The notes under the pieces: generated by a model
What the model saw: only the letters and a program-made list of their open reading frames with translations
What the model was told of the DNA's origin: nothing
Database searches by the model: none
Shown here: positions 59,344-64,000 of the stretch, in pieces
How the letters are laid out: each line of letters begins with the position of its first letter
Position numbering within the stretch: the stretch's first letter is position 1
NCBI RefSeq assembly: GCF_046119375.1
Contig: NW_027362763.1
Span: 124,744,001 to 124,808,000, forward strand
Length of the DNA stretch: 64,000 nt
Direction of reading: 5' to 3'
DNA from: Phyllobates terribilis
Lineage: Eukaryota
Made by a program: the position numbers and the translations under genes

Positions 59344-59372
59344 CTGTCAGGAAGTTATGGCGCATACTGTCA
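59344..59372 (-). other. Candidate 29-nt micro-exon (xDSMRHNFLT), unverified
   Basis: Strong acceptor TTTTTCCATTTTTTTTCTGTATAG, CAG|GTATGC donor, one open frame; splice signals only. Confidence 0.25.
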
Positions 59373-59689
59373 CTATACAGAAAAAAAATGGAAAAAGCTT
59401 GTATTGGTAGAAGCTTTTTAGCCAAATTCAGAAGTGCAATTATAAGGAATGGGAAATAAAATAAAAGATGAATTCTTCTCCTTCCTGCTGAATCCACATC
59501 TGAGATAACTATGGGTCTGAATGTCACATTTCCATTTAGATATATTTAGCCATGATGGGAACATAAAAAAATACTTTCCATCTTGGCAAAATAAACTATT
59601 GCTGTTTCCATGATTGTTTTCAGAAACATGTAGCAGCGCTGGGCTTGTTAGAAGTAATGGAGCTGAAAATGTCATGTAGCGCAAATTAA

Positions 59690-61590
59690 CCCTTCTCCAC
59701 CATATTAAGTAACATTGCAAAAAAAACGCAATTCTGTCAGTACAATTACGGTGATAGCAAACGTGCCCAGTTTTTTTGATTATTATTTAAATTGCAAAAA
59801 AAAAAAAATTATATCACCTGTTTATTTTTTTGGCTATCAACCTGTGTGAAGGCTTGTATTTTTCCGCTCTGAACTGATGTTTTTATCTATACCATATTGT
59901 GGTAAATATGGCCTTTTGATCATTTTTTTTTTGTTATTTTTTGGGAAGTTCAATGACCGAAAAATGTCAGTTCTGTCCTAATAATTTTTTTTTGCCATCT
60001 AATATACAGTTTAAATAATTTTATGTTTTGGCAGACTTTTTTGGACAAGACGATATGAAGCTTTATATTTGCTTTATATTTATTTATTTATATTATGTAT
60101 TATATATTATAATATTATATATTATATTATATTAAGTAATATTATTCATTAATTATTAATATTATGATATAGTGATATTATTGTATACTAATATTAAATA
60201 TTGTATTGATATTAGCTATTACTATTATTCTTATATATGTATATATGTATATATTACGGTATATATTATTTAATATATTTATTTTTATTATATATTATAT
60301 ATATTATATATATATATATTAATTAATATGATTCATTAACTATTAATATTATAACATATTAATATTATTGTATTCTAATATTAAATATTGTATTGATATT
60401 AGTTCTTAGTATTATTTATATATCTATATATATATATATATATATTTATATATTATTTAATATATATTTATTTATATTATTATACTATATTTATTTAGCT
60501 TTATATTTGCTTTACATTTCTTTATTTTTTCTTTATTTTTAATGGGGGTGAATAGAATTTTGTATGAATTTTCAGCAATTTTTTTCTCATTTTTACTTTA
60601 TTTTTTGTCTCCTTAGGAGACTTGAACCTGCAAACGTTTGATGTCTTATGCTATATACTGTATTACCACGATATTTCAGTATATAGAGAAATTGCGGTTA
60701 TCCTATGAAGCTCAGCCTGTGGCTGTACTTCAGCAGAGGACCAATATGGCAGCATTTGTGCAGTGCAGAGTGTTGGACATCTTGAAGGATCTTTTTGCAG
60801 CACTCCTTTATTCTGTGCGTCCCTTGATGCTCCATATTTCCAGTCCCTTATTCGTTACTATTGTGTATATGTATTATTTGGCGGCCATCCACCACTCTTT
60901 GGTTTATGATTTGTTTAGGTTCTCCACTGTGCCTGGCGGACTCTCTCAGCCATAAGCGCTGGGCAAGGGACAGCTGCTGTTACTAAGCAACCGGCAGCAG
61001 AGAAACCGGGTGGTAGACACCTAGCAGGATTGGTAGAGTGTGCACAGTGCTGATTGGTAGAGCAGAAGTCAGCAAGATCTCCTCCACCAATCAGAGAGCT
61101 GGATGTTCACCGATAGAAGAGCGCTCAGTACCGCACAGGAAGGAGGAAGCTCCATTGCTGCCCGCCTAACGTCACCCTGCCGCCCGCCTGCAATCTCCGA
61201 TGGGACACGCTGGCAGTAAGTAGAGAACATACAATATGTAAAGGACATGATCTGTTTTTTTTTTTACACTTGATAAAGATGGTGGCACTTTTTTGTGCGG
61301 GGCAAGGTGACATTTTTATTGATACAATTTTGAGATGGATGTGACATTTTGATCGCTGGGTACAGCATTTTTTGTGGAAAAACACTTTTGGCATTCTTGA
61401 TTTTATTTCTGCTGACAGTGCTTATCGATCGGGTTAATCATTTTTATATTTAGACAGATTGGACTTTTCAGAATACCACTTATGGGTATTTTTTAATTTT
61501 TTTTTAATATCTTTGTTTTTAATGGAAAAGGGAAGTGATTTGAACTTTATGTATTTTTTCATATTTTTAAAACATTTTTTTTTACTTTTC
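59690..61590. mobile_element. Fragments of piggyBac-type non-autonomous element(s)
   Basis: TTAA|CCCTTCTC start; T-rich segments resembling 5640-6370; boundaries uncertain. Confidence 0.4.
60070..60500. repeat. AT-rich low-complexity tract with one internal ~190-bp duplication
   Basis: CTAATATTAAATATTGTATTGATATTAG occurs twice (~60187, ~60376). Confidence 0.8.
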
Positions 61591-61594
61591 ACTG

Positions 61595-62640
61595 CTAGTA
61601 TTACACGGTATTTGCATGGTGGTATTATGTGATGGTATGGTGATATTATTCATTCTCTGTATGATGTTGTATTATTGAGTCATGGTATACAGGTATTACT
61701 CAGTGTATGATGGTATTATAATGTGATGGTATAATGGTTTTATTCATTCTCTGTAAGATGTTCTATTATTGAGTCATGGTATACAGGTATTACTCAGTGT
61801 ATGATGGTATTATAATGTGATGGTATTATGCAGTCTCTGTATGATGTTGTATTATTGAGTCATGGTATACAGGTATTACTCAGTGTATGATTGTATTATA
61901 ATGTGATGGTATAATGGTATTATTCAATCTCTGTATGATGTGGTATTATTATGTCATGGTATACAGGTATTACTCAGTCTTTGCATGGTGGTATTATAAT
62001 GTGATGGTATAATGGTTTTATTCATTCTCTGTACGATGTTGTATTATTGAGTCATGGTATACAGGTATTACTCAGTGTATGATTGTATTATAATGTGATG
62101 GTATAATGGTATTATTCAATCTCTGTATCATGTGGTATTATTATGTCATGGTATACAGGTATTACTCAGTCTTTGCATGGTGGTATTATAATGTGATGGT
62201 ATAATGGTTTTATTCATTCTCTGTAAGATGTTCTATTATTGAGTCATGGTATACAGGTATTACTCAGTGTATGATGGTATTATAATATGATGGTATTATG
62301 CAGTCTCTGTATGATGTTGTATTATTGAGTCATGGTATACAGGTATTACTCAGTCTTTGCATGGTGGTATTATAATGTGATGGTATAATGGTTTTATTCA
62401 TTCTCTGTACGATGTTGTATTATTGAGTCATGGTATACAGGTATTACTCAGTGTATGATGGTATTATAATGTGATGGTATAGTGGTATTATTCAGTCTCT
62501 GTATGATGTTGTATTATTAGGTCATGGTATATCGGTATTACTCAGCCTTTGCCTGGTGGTATTATTAGATCTTGGTGTAGTGGCTTTATTCAGTCTGTGT
62601 ATGGTAGTAGTATTTAGCAACAGTATGGTGCTATTATTTG
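61595..62640 (+). repeat. ~92-98-bp minisatellite (two ~47-bp halves)
   Basis: GTATTATAATGTGATGGTAT...GTCATGGTATACAGGTATTACTCAGT repeats at 61991, 62085, 62183, etc. Confidence 0.88.
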
Positions 62641-62722
62641 GAGTAGTGATCATCTTTATACACAGATCCCAGACTTCATGCAGAATAAAGCACCCTATTT
62701 TCTCCAGAAGAGCTCATGATGG

Positions 62723-63884
62723 TGACTAGCCCAGGGTGATGGGGATGACTCGGTACCCGGGCCTTTGCCTGGCCTTGGGGATGTCGCGGTAATCGGCTCC
62801 CGGGCCCGTACCCTGGGGTCACTCTTTAAAAAGGGACTAATAGGTTTCTTAGTTTTATGAAAGTTCGTGACGCCACCTGTGGCTTCTGGTGAGAATCACC
62901 AGCACTGCGCAGTCCACTGATGCCGATGATAAGGCAGCTCGATGGTATAGCTCCCCACAGGTGGAGCTGGGCCTCAGGGCAGCGTACGGAGAGGGGGATG
63001 CAGGACAGGTGAGACCCAGCCGGGTCAGAGCAAGAACAGGGACAGACACGATAGTCACTTCAGTACGTTTTACTGATGGAAAATTCAGGCACGTCCCGGA
63101 GCACTGTAGGGTGAAGGGTGCATATCAGGATCCTCCCCAATGAGCAGGTGTAGGGCCTCCTGTTTCTTGCCTCTGCGTAGTAAGTTTCTGACCTGCCTGG
63201 AGCTAGGCCTAACTTTGTCTCTGTCCTGCGCTGGCTGACCTTGTGGTAGGGCCTTTTCTTGGAATACACGCTCCTCAGCTTGCGGGGCCTATGTGTTTCC
63301 TGGCTCTGTTACGTATCAGCACTTTAGCGATTCTGGGACTTTTAGTTCTCCAGGGATTCCGTTTATACCTTACTGGGTCATAGAGATCCCGGTAAGCTCG
63401 GACCCGGTGTCCGGTAACTTCTTCGGGGTGAGACGGTTAAGCTCCTCTGCCCCCTATGTACTAACTCTCCACTCGCCTTCGGCCTACTCGGGCCCTCACT
63501 AGGCTATACACACTAACGGCAGCTTGCCGCGCTTCACCGATCTTATGGCGCCGGCACACCTAAAGCTCACTATTCTGAGCTACAACTGAGTCTGGATTGT
63601 GCTCCACTGCAGCTGACTCTTCTCAGGCACGCTTACTGCAGGAACTCTCTCAACAGACTCGACTAGACTGAGCTCGACTCTGTATTCAGACCTGTCCTTG
63701 CTGAACTCTCCAGAGGAACTCAACTGCCTGGCTCCACCTTCCCTACTTATATCCCTAACGGGCTCCCTCTGCTGGTCTGTGGTGGAAGGTGGAGATGTGT
63801 GAATGTTTATGGGGGCTTCTTGTGGAGGAATCCATCAATGCACTCTTCTAGGATCTGTGATACCAAGCGCAGCTGGGCGTCACA
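62723..63884 (-). mobile_element. Solo LTR related to the Gypsy at 50945
   Basis: TG...CA ends (minus start TGTGACGCCC), 4-bp TSD ATGG (62719-62722, 63885-63888); shares GTATARCYCCC...GGCCTCAGGGCAGC and ACGCCACC blocks with 50945-51948. Confidence 0.8.
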
Positions 63885-64000
63885 ATGGGACACACAGTCC
63901 ACACCACTGACACCAGAGTTTGGTAGATGTACTGATAACACTTATTTTTACAGCATCACAACTGGTAATCAGTTAGAAATGCAGTTGTCCTAAAATGAGT

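Overview
Repeat-dense, non-coding vertebrate DNA. The repeat families look anuran (frog), which is inference. No host gene can be firmly called. Contents: (1) a decayed Gmr1-like Gypsy element with SCAN-gag and PR-IN-RT-RH order (6.7-11.8 kb); (2) a Tc1-type DD38E transposon whose catalytic Glu codon is a stop (18.3-20.0 kb); (3) a 3.8-kb LTR element without gag/pol that carries an ORF ending in a cold-shock (CSD/OB-fold) domain (22.6-26.4 kb), the most unusual item; (4) a ~23-kb array of a 39-bp minisatellite with higher-order periods, split by a hAT MITE (27.4-50.5 kb); (5) a young, almost intact Gypsy element (LTRs 99.6% identical, one 1-bp frameshift) sharing tRNA-Ser PBS, leader motif, PPT and LTR ends with the CSD element (50.9-58.8 kb); (6) two related solo LTRs, many MITEs (hAT, T2/Kolobok, Harbinger-like, piggyBac-type) and further minisatellites. 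The long Pro-rich ORFs in the track are artefacts of the tandem repeats.
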